NCBI GenBank assembly: GCA_947169815.1
Contig: CAMVRG010000001.1
Span: 1 to 45,196 of the forward strand
Reading direction: 5' to 3'
Length of the DNA: 45,196 nucleotides
DNA from: an uncultured Clostridia bacterium
GTDB lineage: Bacteria; Bacillota; Clostridia; Oscillospirales; Acutalibacteraceae
Below, one piece after another: positions 1-8,536 of the stretch (the stretch's first letter is position 1; each line of letters opens with the position of its first letter). A program made the position numbers and the translations under genes. The notes beneath the pieces are model-generated. The model was given only the letters and a program-made list of their open reading frames with translations. It did no database searches and had not been told where the DNA came from.

Positions 1-382
1 GCTCGCATACGTACGCCTTGCCCTTTTTAATGAGCTTAATCGCGCATTCATAGAGAAAATCGAAATAGTCGCTTGCAAAGTACACGTTATCGTAGTCGAA
101 GCCGAGCCACTTGATATCCTCCTCGATAGCCTCAACGTATTCGGTATCCTCTTTAGTCGGGTTAGTGTCGTCGAAACGGAGGTTACAAATTCCGTGATAT
201 TTGTTTTTTACGCCGAAATTAATGCATATAGCCTTTGCGTGGCCGATATGAAGATATCCGTTCGGCTCGGGAGGAAAACGGGTCTGAACTCTTGAATATA
301 CGCCCTCTTTTAAATCCTCGTCGATAAAATCGTGAATAAAATTCGAGGCGGTTTCTTCGTTCTTGATTTCGTCAATAGCCAT
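1..382 (-). CDS. glnS: Glutamine--tRNA ligase, 5' part (runs off the left edge)
   Basis: Manual translation [17 protein letters not shown]...[18 protein letters not shown]...LRFDDTNP; ATG overlaps the gltX stop (TAATG). Confidence 0.95.
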   Translation of the reverse strand, partial: MAIDEIKNEETASNFIHDFIDEDLKEGVYSRVQTRFPPEPNGYLHIGHAKAICINFGVKNKYHGICNLRFDDTNPTKEDTEYVEAIEEDIKWLGFDYDNVYFASDYFDFLYECAIKLIKKGKAYVCE

Positions 383-2040
383 TATTTTTCCTCCTTATAG
401 TAGTCCAGAGCGTTTTCAAGACGGTTAATTACCCTCTCTTTTCCGAGAAGCGCGGTTATTGAATAAAGGTCGGGAGTGTTTGTCCTGCCCGTGAGGGCAA
501 CTCTTATTACCGTTGATACGTCTCCGACGTGGCCGTCGAAAGCGTTGGGATTCTGTTTGTATTCCTTAACGTTTGGAGTGCAGCCGACCGACTCGCACAT
601 ATCCTTTATTCTTGAAAACCAGGTATCCTTATCGTCGTCAAGATTTACTATATCCCTGTATTTTTCAAGTACCTTGACTGCAAGCGCGGGAGTAGCGTTA
701 CCCGTAAGCTCATAGCAGGGGGTAAAGGTCTCGTCGTACATATAGCTTATATAGTCGGGAATATCGCTCCATTTGGCGATATCCTTTCTCGGCTTTTTGT
801 TTTCTCTGTCGATATTGAGAATCGCCGTTGCGCGCTCCCTGTCCTGCTCATAAAGCGCGGCGAGCTCTTTATTATATTCCTTAGCCCATTCGTAAGAGAG
901 CGCGAAAACCTTTTCGGCGGGCATTTTACATATAACGTTTTTGCTTACGTCGGCAAGCTTTACCATATCGAAAAGCGCGCCCGATACGCTCATTTTCTTG
1001 ATGTTAATCGGGAACTTGTCAATGCTTTCGTTTGCATTAATCCTGCGCCAGTCCTCAAAATTTGAGTTGGCGAGAGTCATAATATATTCGGTTACGCTCT
1101 CCTTCGGGAAGCCCTGTTCGGCGTAGTAGGTTACCTTCGCCTCGGGGTCCTTACGCTTTGAAAGTTTACGTTTCCCGCCGTTTTCCTCCTTCATAATTGG
1201 GGCAATATGGGCGTATTTCGGCGGCTTAAAGCCGAGAACGCGGAAAAGCTGAAGATGAATAGGTATACTCGCTATCCACTCGTCGCCTCTTGTTACGTGG
1301 GTTGTCCTCATAAGGTGGTCGTCAATAGCGTGGGCGAAGTGATACGTCGGTATTCCGTCGGATTTTAAAAGCACGATATCCTGAACGTTTTCGGGCATTT
1401 CGATTTTACCTCTTATAAGGTCGTCAAAACGGCATTTACCCTCAAGCGTACCCGGGGATTTGAGACGAAGCGTCCACTGCTCGCCGCGGGAAATCCTCTC
1501 TTCAATTTCTTCAAGAGACAGGTCGCGGTGCTTTGCGTATTTTCCCCATACGCCCTTAATGCTCTCGTTTTCCTGCGAGGCTCTTATTCCGTCAAGCTCC
1601 TCGGCGGTCATAAAGCAGGGGTAGGCAAGTCCCTGAATTACGAGCGATTTAGCGTATGTCTGGTATATATCCTTGCGGGCGGTCTGATAATACGGGCCGT
1701 AGTTTCCGATTTCCTTTCCCTCGGCGATAACGCCCTCGTCGGGCTCAATCCCGTAAACGGAAAGTCCCTTGAGCATTACCTCGATAGCGCCCTCGACTTT
1801 ACGCTTCTGGTCGGTATCCTCAACGCGGACGAAAAATACGCCGTCGGTATCCTTAGCGGTCTTATATGAAACAAGACAGGTAAAAAGATTTCCGAAATGT
1901 AGAAATCCCGTAGGACTCGGTGAAAAACGCGTTACGCGCGCGCCCTCTTTTAAGTCGCGCGGGGGATATTTTTCCTCGTAATATTCGGGAGTTTTATCAA
2001 TCTCGGGGAAGAGAATTTCCGCAAGTTTATTATAATCCAT
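382..2040 (-). CDS. gltX: Glutamate--tRNA ligase
   Basis: [15 protein letters not shown] (HIGH-like), [28 protein letters not shown] (KMSKS-like). Confidence 0.95.
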   Translation of the reverse strand: MDYNKLAEILFPEIDKTPEYYEEKYPPRDLKEGARVTRFSPSPTGFLHFGNLFTCLVSYKTAKDTDGVFFVRVEDTDQKRKVEGAIEVMLKGLSVYGIEPDEGVIAEGKEIGNYGPYYQTARKDIYQTYAKSLVIQGLAYPCFMTAEELDGIRASQENESIKGVWGKYAKHRDLSLEEIEERISRGEQWTLRLKSPGTLEGKCRFDDLIRGKIEMPENVQDIVLLKSDGIPTYHFAHAIDDHLMRTTHVTRGDEWIASIPIHLQLFRVLGFKPPKYAHIAPIMKEENGGKRKLSKRKDPEAKVTYYAEQGFPKESVTEYIMTLANSNFEDWRRINANESIDKFPINIKKMSVSGALFDMVKLADVSKNVICKMPAEKVFALSYEWAKEYNKELAALYEQDRERATAILNIDRENKKPRKDIAKWSDIPDYISYMYDETFTPCYELTGNATPALAVKVLEKYRDIVNLDDDKDTWFSRIKDMCESVGCTPNVKEYKQNPNAFDGHVGDVSTVIRVALTGRTNTPDLYSITALLGKERVINRLENALDYYKEEK

Positions 2041-2169
2041 AAATATCTCCTTTAAGATATAATTATTAATTTACAAAATTAGTCATAATATTATCGCATA
2101 AATAATGACATTATTCAATATTAAATAATAAAAAAGTTTATAATTTTATCAGGATTTCAAAATTTTTTC

Positions 2170-2198
2170 TTGACCTCGGAGTAAATTTGTGCAATAAT
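2170..2198 (+). promoter_or_regulatory. Sigma-A-like promoter of tRNA-Pro
   Basis: TTGACC-17 nt-AATAAT, ~26 nt before the tRNA. Confidence 0.55.
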
Positions 2199-2224
2199 GG
2201 TAGGGCGCTGAAGAAAATACATAT

Positions 2225-2301
2225 CGAGGTGTGGCTCAGTTTGGTAGAGCACTACGTTCGGGACGTAGGGGCCGCTGGTTCAAATCCAGTCACCTCGACC
2301 A
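2225..2301 (+). tRNA. tRNA-Pro (anticodon CGG)
   Basis: 77-nt cloverleaf: acceptor CGAGGTG/CACCTCG, anticodon arm CTACG-TTCGGGA-CGTAG, T-loop GTTCAAATC, encoded CCA. Confidence 0.97.
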
Positions 2302-2306
2302 CCAAA

Positions 2307-2353
2307 CCCACAATTTCAGTCAAAAAGGCTTGGAATTGTGGGCTTTTTCTTTT
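2307..2353 (+). terminator. Intrinsic terminator after the tRNA (island-provided)
   Basis: CCCACAATT...AATTGTGGG followed by CTTTTTCTTTT. Confidence 0.7.
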
Positions 2354-2464
2354 GTGACGAAAAAAGTGTTGTTTCTTGCGAAAGAACTTTGAAAAAGGAA
2401 AAAACTACTGCAAAATGAGTTTCCCCGAAAAAACTCCCCGATTTTCTACAGCTTTTCGGGGAGT

Positions 2465-4138
2465 TTACAGGAGAGGATTGTTTACGATTTCAAACCCTGT
2501 GAAGTGTTTATCCTCATTTATGGAGAAATTCTTTGGAGTCTTTTGTTTTTGCTTGCAACGCTGTTTTAGCTCTGCTCTTGAGATTGAGGTGTGAATCAAC
2601 AAAGCTCCCGATGTGTTGTCAAATCCACACGCAAAAAAGACAGCCGAAGCCACCTTGATTGTGACCTCGACTGTCTCTTTATTTATGACAACGCTCTCTA
2701 CGTAGGCGTTGATGAATTCCTTCTTTGCGTTTATGTCAGTTTCGTTTTTTAGTTCTTCCTCAAGAGTTTTTATCGCATTTCTGACTTGTGCTTCGGAGAT
2801 TGCAGGAAGCTCGGCAGGAGTTTCCTTTTCGATTCTCTGTTCAATGTCCTTTATTGACTGTGTGATTTTGTTGATTTCCTCTATGAAGGCTTCTCCGTCG
2901 GCACCGTTTGCGATTGCCTTTGCAATGTTGCTCTGCTTCGTTTTCAGAGCTTTCAACTGCTTTTGGTAGAGCTTGATGTCCTTGCCCTTTGTTGACTGCA
3001 TTTCCTTATGATAGTCGTTTATTTGTTTGACGATTTCTTTTATTCCCTCGTCTGTGAAAAGGTACTTGAAAACCTGTTCTATGACGAAATTCTCAAGCCT
3101 GTGCTTTTCGATTTCGGGGTTTTTGCAGCCCATGTCAGCGTGACCTGCTCTTTTACCGCAACGGTAGCTTGAGTAGGTTACTCCTTTGCCCGACTTACGA
3201 GTGTTGCCTTGATACGAAAATCCACATTCACCGCATTTTACAAGACCAGCAAGCAGGTATGTTGAATTACTGCGAAAAGAGCTTTTTCCCCTTTTATGCG
3301 TTGCAAGTATCCGTTGAGCCTTGTTGAAGGTTTTATCGTCTATGATTCTCGGAACTCCGTTTTTTATTCTTATGATTTCGTCTTCGGGTTTGTTTCTATG
3401 GCTGTTATGCTTGCCATTACTGTCTTTTCCGACTCTGCGATTGTAGGTGTATTCTCCAATGTATTTTCTGTTTTGAAGAATTGCATTGAATGAAGACTTT
3501 GAAAACTCGTTCCCTGCTCTTGTGGTGTAGCCTTTGGCGTTGAGCTCCTTTGCAATGTCGTTGTAGGACTTTCCCTGCGTGTGCATTTTGAAAATTGTTC
3601 TGACGATTTCTGCCTCAGCCTCGTTTATGACAAGCTTTCTGTCAACAACATCGTAGCCAAGCGGAGGACTGCCGCCTGTGTGCAAACCCCTGAGTGCAAC
3701 CTCTTTTAGCCCTTTTTTGACCTCTTGAGAAAGGTTATCCGAGTACAGTTCGCTGTATGCTTCCTTTATTGCGGTGAAGAACTTCCCATTAGGCGTGTCC
3801 TCCAAGTCATCCTTTAGCGAGTACAGGGCTATTCCCATTTCTTTTAGTCTTGCTCTGTACACTTTTGAATCAAGAGCGTTTCTTGCAAATCGGTCAAGGT
3901 TGTGAACGATTACGATTTCAAATTCACGCTGTTCGCAATCAGAAAACAACCGTTGAAATTCAGGACGGTTAGCGTTAGTTCCGCTTTTTGCTCTGTCAAT
4001 GTATTCTGCAACGATTTCTATGTTGTTTTTTACTGCAAAATCTCGTATGGCTCGCTGTTGAGCTTCGATTGAAAAGCCGTCATCCTGTGCGGCAGAGCTG
4101 TATCTCATATAGGCTGCCGCTTTTATTTTTCGTGCCAT
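2465..4138 (-). CDS. Large serine recombinase (resolvase + recombinase + Zn-ribbon + coiled coil)
   Basis: YMRYSS catalytic motif, SG..ANRP, DRFAR, PPLGY, CGECG...YRC Zn ribbon. Confidence 0.95.
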   Translation of the reverse strand: MARKIKAAAYMRYSSAAQDDGFSIEAQQRAIRDFAVKNNIEIVAEYIDRAKSGTNANRPEFQRLFSDCEQREFEIVIVHNLDRFARNALDSKVYRARLKEMGIALYSLKDDLEDTPNGKFFTAIKEAYSELYSDNLSQEVKKGLKEVALRGLHTGGSPPLGYDVVDRKLVINEAEAEIVRTIFKMHTQGKSYNDIAKELNAKGYTTRAGNEFSKSSFNAILQNRKYIGEYTYNRRVGKDSNGKHNSHRNKPEDEIIRIKNGVPRIIDDKTFNKAQRILATHKRGKSSFRSNSTYLLAGLVKCGECGFSYQGNTRKSGKGVTYSSYRCGKRAGHADMGCKNPEIEKHRLENFVIEQVFKYLFTDEGIKEIVKQINDYHKEMQSTKGKDIKLYQKQLKALKTKQSNIAKAIANGADGEAFIEEINKITQSIKDIEQRIEKETPAELPAISEAQVRNAIKTLEEELKNETDINAKKEFINAYVESVVINKETVEVTIKVASAVFFACGFDNTSGALLIHTSISRAELKQRCKQKQKTPKNFSINEDKHFTGFEIVNNPLL

Positions 4139-4207
4139 TAGCGTTTCTCCTTGTTATTTTGATTACTGATAAGCCTCCGTTGATTCATCAATGGTAGCAC
4201 TTATTAG

Positions 4208-4612
4208 TTATGATAGATAACCATTGAAGGTTTTATTACTATAAAAATTGCCGTATTCTTTGAGGTTCATATCAATAAAAAAAGCGATAAAACCTCTTTT
4301 TAACAGTTCATCGCGTAACTTTATCATCAATGGTGCGTTATTAATAATAAAGATTCTTTCAGAGCGTTCAATTTCTTCTTCAATTGTATTTAAGACAGAT
4401 TCATATCTTTCCTCGTTTATTCCGCAAAAACACGGAGTTTCTCCTAATGCAAAAGAGTTATGCATAATTGCAATAAACTCATTTACCGCTTCTTCAATAT
4501 TTGGGTCAAGTAAAACGGCTGCTTCAGGGTTCCAAACGTCAAAATAATAAAAGAAAAGCTCTGAGTTTCCTTTCAAATTGTGTTCTTTCTTATGATTATT
4601 GTTGATTTCCAT
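4208..4612 (-). CDS. Hypothetical protein, probable paralogue of 4719-5120
   Basis: 134-aa ORF with AGGAGG RBS; shares NNAP and C-terminal NGY motifs with its neighbour. Confidence 0.75.
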   Translation of the reverse strand: MEINNNHKKEHNLKGNSELFFYYFDVWNPEAAVLLDPNIEEAVNEFIAIMHNSFALGETPCFCGINEERYESVLNTIEEEIERSERIFIINNAPLMIKLRDELLKRGFIAFFIDMNLKEYGNFYSNKTFNGYLS

Positions 4613-4718
4613 AATTTTCCTCCTTTTTTAATGTTGATATGAGATACGTGTTAGTGTTCTTCATAGTTACTAATAAACCGCCGCCGAATTCTCAGCGACG
4701 GTTGTATCGGTATAACTA

Positions 4719-5120
4719 CTAAGAAACAATATAACCGTTAACTAAATGATTATAATCAATATTGTAATCTTTAAAAAGCTTAGGCTTTATGTTGACAAGC
4801 CTTATATCTACGCCTTTGTATTGCGACTTAACCTTTTGGTATAAATCGACAACCTCAGGTGCGTTGTTGAAAAAGTATATAGTATGAAACTCGTCATAGT
4901 GACCATCGAAATAGTCTACTACTTCCGAGATTTCATCTCTATAAAAGGGGTAAAATGCAGGTTGGTCTGCATCAATACCATCGTGTCCAAATATGACATT
5001 CGGCATTTCGCAATGGTAACCCTCGTTATCCTGTACTTCTTTAGCAAGAAAGTAGAATATTATATCCTCTTTAGCGTCCTTAACTTTACTGTTTTTCTTA
5101 ATCATATTTTTATTCAACAT
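4719..5120 (-). CDS. Hypothetical protein, probable paralogue of 4208-4612
   Basis: Start moved to ATG 5120 because GGAGGT precedes it; IYFFNNAP...NGYIVS. Confidence 0.75.
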   Translation of the reverse strand: MLNKNMIKKNSKVKDAKEDIIFYFLAKEVQDNEGYHCEMPNVIFGHDGIDADQPAFYPFYRDEISEVVDYFDGHYDEFHTIYFFNNAPEVVDLYQKVKSQYKGVDIRLVNIKPKLFKDYNIDYNHLVNGYIVS

Positions 5121-5137
5121 AGGTTTTACCTCCAATA

Positions 5138-5365
5138 CTATTTATTTTTGTTGAATATAATTCTGCTATTAAACAGATTGTAAAAATAGTTACAAACTAT
5201 TAAACTAAGCACGTCTATAGCCTCATAAAGAGTCTCAACTGCCTTCTGGTAGTAATTACTATCAGATTCAGCTTTCTTTGAAGCCTTTTTAACAAGCGGC
5301 TTCACTTCAGACTTCTTTTTGAGGTCTGACCTGCTTACGACAATTTTAATTTTTGAGGTAAACAT
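5138..5365 (-). CDS. Small basic hypothetical protein
   Basis: ATG 5365 follows AAGGGGGT; Lys-rich; lies in the helicase operon. Confidence 0.55.
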   Translation of the reverse strand: MFTSKIKIVVSRSDLKKKSEVKPLVKKASKKAESDSNYYQKAVETLYEAIDVLSLIVCNYFYNLFNSRIIFNKNK

Positions 5366-5399
5366 AGTCATACCCCCTTTCCTTAAAATTGTATAATAA

Positions 5400-6944
5400 T
5401 TATCCGAGAGCATTATAGGGAATAAATACTTCATATACCCTTAGCCTGTTCCCGTTGATTATTCGCTTTTTAGCTCGATGGTCGCCGTCTCTTTTAAGAT
5501 AGCCGCCTTTTTCAAGAAGCTTTAAAACTCTATTACTATCACCAACTGGACATTCTGCAACAATATCTTTAAACTTGTTAGTGTTATAATACACCATTAA
5601 TCCGTCGTTAACTTTTTGAACATATCCGACGGTATATCCTGATTGTTGCCTCGGTACAGTACTGCCTCGTTCATATATTTCATATCTTGCAGTGTTGGCA
5701 AGATATGTATTATTAAGGAACTGTAGTACGGCAGTTGTCTCATCTGGATTATAAGTCTTGTTCTGCTCCTTAATCGCTCTAAAAAGCTCTTGCTTGATAC
5801 CCTCAATATCAAAATTGAGGTCAAGCACCTCTGAACAAATCTCTGCTGATAAAACGATAATTGCAATATGCTTAATAAGCCTGTTGACAAGCTCGTTATC
5901 AACATCGAGTTCATCTGAGAGCAGTATTCTTTTTTCAAGGTACTGCTTCCTTAATTGGTTTATCCTGTTATCGTCCTCAAATATGTATTCAAGGATTTTA
6001 GGGTAAACCTGTCCGTAATTGTTAACGATTACAGACTTTAAGGCTTCGGCACTATGGGCGTTGGCAGTTATCTGCTCAAATTCCAATTCAAGCACACGGA
6101 CAAGTAAACCTTTATTAAGATTGCACTTATCAAGAAGTGACTCTTCGCCTGTACTGATAACAGTAGTCGACCAAGTGCCAACCTTCTTCTGTGAAGAATC
6201 TGAATTGAGTCTGCCTCGCTCCTGACGATTCGCAACATCATATACAAAGCTCGTTAACGAGTTTGTATTTGATTGCGAAATCTCGTCAAAAACGATAGGA
6301 TACCCATAGTTGCCCCTTAGCAAGCTTAACTTGAAGTTGTTAGTGCTGTTCCAGCCGCAGAAGAGGGTGTTTCCCTCTATTGACTGTGGACTGCACGCAA
6401 CGCTCAAGGCGAGCATTGCAAAGGTTGTTTTGCCCTTTGAGCTGTCTCCTTTAAGGTGGAATATGAGCGAGCTGTCAAGCTCGTCTGCTAACATACCTTC
6501 AAAGAGAGCAGATACGCCTGTTGCGATAGCTATCTGCAATGGCACCTGCGGCATTGCAAATTGCTTTATGTCGCTTTGCCACGCTTCAAAGCTACCTGTG
6601 GGCTGTATGCTCAATGAGCCTTGGTATTCAGCATTTAACTCCTCCGAGCTGTATAACCTGTGAGCCTTGAAAGCTTGCTTTTCATCCTTTACCGACCAAC
6701 CTAAATTATGGTAGATACATTCAGTTTGTAGCTTGTTTTCTTGCTCATACAAGGTCTTACAAGCGTGGGAAAAGGTGGTAACGTTTGCCCCATAGGACAG
6801 TAACACGCCTTTGTCGGAGTATAACTGCTTCCTTGACACGATAGCCTCCGTGTAATCCTTACCGTCTGTGACAGAGAGTTTTACATATCGGATACCTGTA
6901 TCAAGGTCTTTGAGTTTACCGATAATGGTAACGCAAGAATTAAT
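5400..6944 (-). CDS. DUF927/Cch-like replication helicase-ATPase (probable ATT start)
   Basis: Walker A GDSSKGKT, Walker B IVFDE, ERGRLN, ISTGE, GLLVR; frame stays open 35 codons upstream of GTG 6839 to an ATT 6 nt after AAGGAGGT. Confidence 0.85.
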   Translation of the reverse strand: MNSCVTIIGKLKDLDTGIRYVKLSVTDGKDYTEAIVSRKQLYSDKGVLLSYGANVTTFSHACKTLYEQENKLQTECIYHNLGWSVKDEKQAFKAHRLYSSEELNAEYQGSLSIQPTGSFEAWQSDIKQFAMPQVPLQIAIATGVSALFEGMLADELDSSLIFHLKGDSSKGKTTFAMLALSVACSPQSIEGNTLFCGWNSTNNFKLSLLRGNYGYPIVFDEISQSNTNSLTSFVYDVANRQERGRLNSDSSQKKVGTWSTTVISTGEESLLDKCNLNKGLLVRVLELEFEQITANAHSAEALKSVIVNNYGQVYPKILEYIFEDDNRINQLRKQYLEKRILLSDELDVDNELVNRLIKHIAIIVLSAEICSEVLDLNFDIEGIKQELFRAIKEQNKTYNPDETTAVLQFLNNTYLANTARYEIYERGSTVPRQQSGYTVGYVQKVNDGLMVYYNTNKFKDIVAECPVGDSNRVLKLLEKGGYLKRDGDHRAKKRIINGNRLRVYEVFIPYNALG

Positions 6945-6972
6945 AATTAAACCTCCTTATTATTAGTTTTTG

Positions 6973-7138
6973 TTTCACTCATAATTAGTATTAACGAGTA
7001 AGATTAATAATTGTTATGAGAGTGAAAAAAATAACGAGTTAGATATAAACATAACACCCCTGAACTTACGTTCGGGTTACATATGTTTATTAATCTAACT
7101 CGTTAGTCGCACTTTTTAAGTGCGATATCATTATAGCA
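6973..7138 (-). promoter_or_regulatory. Promoter and structured leader, or origin-like region, of the helicase operon
   Basis: Extended -10 TGCTATAAT at 7138-7130; IRs at 7107-7125, 7032-7105 (13-bp perfect outer arm, then T7 on the - strand) and 6973-7027. Confidence 0.6.
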
Positions 7139-7308
7139 TGATTTGTATAGGATATCCATTCGCAAAAACACAAAAAGTGGCAATTTTTAAAAATGTTGTT
7201 TTTTTAGCGTTTATGCCTTATCCTCCCCATAACGATTCGGAGCCGATGCCCCGATGCTTTGTCAAAATGCTTAAAAACGCCACTTGTGCAAATTGCACAA
7301 AAGAGTGT

Positions 7309-7833
7309 TCATTTTACTGTTTTCTGAGCTTTCAGCACCCATCCTTGACGGACTGCAGGAGTCAGCGGATGAAGGAATTCACGCTCGTTACCGTCTGTAA
7401 TCTGATAGGTTTTATCCGCAAACGGCTGTAAGAGTGTCATAACTGTTTCCTCTCGTTCTGCGTATTTCTTTCTCGTTTCCGTAAACTTACCCCAAGCAAG
7501 AATTATCTTGTCGGCTTTCTGTGCCGATTCAATAATGATACGGTCAGTTTCCGAATCCCATAGGTTTTTCGTTCCCTTAACCTTCTTAATGTTAGCTCCA
7601 ACTTTTGAAATAAGATTAGTAAGAGTGAAACCGCCGAAACCGAGCATGCTGACATTGTTTGTTATCAGGTTTGTTGTAAGGTCGCTTGTAACATTGTAAT
7701 CCTCTGACGGCGCTATCGTGATTACATTTGCTACGGGGAGTGACTTATTCCATATCTTTGTCATTGAATATCGGTGCTGACTATCGTCAGAAAATACCGC
7801 CTCGCATTTGATTGTAGTTTTTTCCGTTGTCAT
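7309..7833 (-). CDS. DUF1643 family protein (SCCmec-type)
   Basis: EAVFSDDSQHRY..K.W, DLTT, ILAWG, HPL.P..R..W.L motifs. Confidence 0.85.
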   Translation of the reverse strand: MTTEKTTIKCEAVFSDDSQHRYSMTKIWNKSLPVANVITIAPSEDYNVTSDLTTNLITNNVSMLGFGGFTLTNLISKVGANIKKVKGTKNLWDSETDRIIIESAQKADKIILAWGKFTETRKKYAEREETVMTLLQPFADKTYQITDGNEREFLHPLTPAVRQGWVLKAQKTVK

Positions 7834-8240
7834 TATATTTCCTCACTATCTATATTTATTATTCTTTCTGTGCTATCTTCAAGCAGATTATTTATTATTT
7901 CAGTCGTTAGCGTTACAGGCTCGGCAAAAAGAGAAACTGCATAGTCGTTAGTCAAAACAAAACAGCTATGCAGCAATTCAACTTTTTCATTTTTGCCTAT
8001 TATGGAAAGCCTGTCCGTGAACTCGTATATTGATTTGTCAAGCGGCAAGGACAAGCCCATTTCCCTGTGTCGTTTACAATCTTCAATGCTTTCCAAAAAG
8101 AAAAAAGCTCCGAACTCTGAAATGTCGGAACATTCATATGTTTTCAAGAAATATTGCAGATACCTTGTAATGTAGGCTTGTATCAGATTGTTAGTATGAT
8201 TGAGCTTTTTCAAATCATTTTCGTCTTGTATTTTTACCAT
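7833..8240 (-). CDS. Hypothetical acidic protein
   Basis: 135-aa ORF with AGGAGG RBS; its stop overlaps the DUF1643 start. Confidence 0.75.
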   Translation of the reverse strand: MVKIQDENDLKKLNHTNNLIQAYITRYLQYFLKTYECSDISEFGAFFFLESIEDCKRHREMGLSLPLDKSIYEFTDRLSIIGKNEKVELLHSCFVLTNDYAVSLFAEPVTLTTEIINNLLEDSTERIINIDSEEI

Positions 8241-8352
8241 TTGACCTCCTGACCTTGCTTCCCGTGCAGAGCAGCGTTAGAGCTGAAACAGCACCCGAAA
8301 GCAACATTTCTATTGCAACCTCTGTTGATACGCTTGCAAAAGCAAAGAGCAT
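8215..8352 (-). CDS. Uncalled 45-aa hydrophobic peptide MLFAFASVSTEVAIEMLLSGAVSALTLLCTGSKVRRSNGKNTRRK
   Basis: AAGGAGG RBS; ATG overlaps the upstream TAA; hydrophobic helix plus basic tail. Confidence 0.6.
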   Translation of the reverse strand: MLFAFASVSTEVAIEMLLSGAVSALTLLCTGSKVRRSNGKNTRRK

Positions 8353-8456
8353 TAGTCAGCCTCCTTCCTTTTAGTTTTATTATCAGCAACGCTCTCGGCT
8401 GTCAAAACAGATACGAGCGTTACTGCAAAACCAATCAAAAACCAGATTTCTTTCAT
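8352..8456 (-). CDS. Uncalled 34-aa peptide MKEIWFLIGFAVTLVSVLTAESVADNKTKRKEAD
   Basis: GGAGGTG RBS; one TM-like segment. Confidence 0.6.
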   Translation of the reverse strand: MKEIWFLIGFAVTLVSVLTAESVADNKTKRKEAD

Positions 8457-8470
8457 CCTTTCACCTCCGA

Positions 8471-8503
8471 TAAAACAGGCTATCCCGTTTTTAGGATAGC
8501 CTG
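8471..8503 (-). terminator. Terminator after the collagen-like gene
   Basis: CAGGCTATCC/GGATAGCCTG 10-bp stem, then TTTTA on the - strand. Confidence 0.65.
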
Positions 8504-8536
8504 AAATCTAATTATCGTTTCTTCTTTTTAATTTGC

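Noticed and set aside
2041-2224. T-box leader for gltX-glnS
   Set aside because: Short AT-rich divergent promoter region with no T-box motif.
7117-7124. MOBQ-type oriT core TAAGTGCG
   Set aside because: The following CCCT is missing, no relaxase is present, and it is explained as the arm of a local IR; mimicry cannot be fully excluded.
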